This document shows positions 63,677 through 64,000 of a stretch of 64,000 nt of DNA, one piece after another. Where the stretch lies: assembly GCF_018350175.1 (NCBI RefSeq), contig NC_058368.1, positions 2,604,001-2,668,000 of the forward strand, read 5' to 3'. The notes beneath the pieces were generated by a model. That model was given only the letters and a program-made list of their open reading frames with translations, did not search any database and was not told the origin of the DNA. Source of the stretch: Felis catus. Its lineage: Eukaryota. Both the position numbers and the translations under genes were made by a program. The stretch's first letter is position 1. Every line of letters begins with the position of its first letter.

Positions 63677-63813
63677 GGGGGCTGGGTGCCATTTGAGAGT
63701 TTTCCTGAAGCGTTGAACTCTATCTTCTGTGTCTTACCAAATACCCTACCTTGTTCTGGCGTTAGAGACCCCCTTTCCAGTCTAATGGGCAGATTTCTTG
63801 CACTCGCCCCACC

Positions 63814-63972
63814 CCTGCTCCTCAAAATGTCGTCACTGACCAGTAGCATCAGCTTCTCGGAGCTTCTTGGAAATGCAGTCTCAGGCCCTGCCCTAGACGG
63901 GCTGAACCAGAGCCTGCATTTTAACCAGCGCCCCGGGAGGGACGTGGGAGACTCGCTGTTAGAAAGTGTTTC
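63814..63972 (+). mobile_element. MER5A1-like hAT-Charlie element
   Basis: ctcaaaatgtcgtcactgaccagtagcatcagc...gaaatgcagtctcaggccctgccctagac...ctgcattttaac. Confidence 0.75.
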
Positions 63973-64000
63973 TACTCAATGGCTGGAGAAGCTGGTGCAG

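Overview
This is mammalian genomic DNA, almost certainly felid, judged by 17 tRNA-derived Can-SINEs of feliform SINEC_Fc type and carnivore L1 3' ends. I found no recognisable protein-coding exon, RNA gene or CRISPR array. The ORF track consists of chance ORFs and relics of L1 ORF2, L2 RT, SINEs and MIRs, so the window looks like a large intron or intergenic region whose host gene I cannot name. It is layered with repeats: young SINEs and L1s, many with target-site duplications (TSDs); ancient L1M, HAL1, L2 and MIR; solo LTRs (LTR16, MLT2, MLT1A types); and DNA transposons (Tigger1 derivative, MER45A, MER58A, MER5A1). Family names come from recalled consensus sequences, not a database search. 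The most notable observations are: (1) a 6 x 11-bp array with a 43-bp near-perfect palindrome and six phased D-box cores (24252-24317); (2) old repeats with strongly A/T-to-G/C skewed, CpG-rich tracts suggesting GC-biased gene conversion (30624-30770, 60968-61428); (3) an L1 with a twin-priming 5' inversion and probable 3' transduction (41712-42439); (4) a near full-length HAL1 with five nested insertions; (5) a tandem RFX X-box pair; and (6) CpG-rich, promoter-like segments with plus-strand splice signals. I see no convincing evidence of a new biological system.
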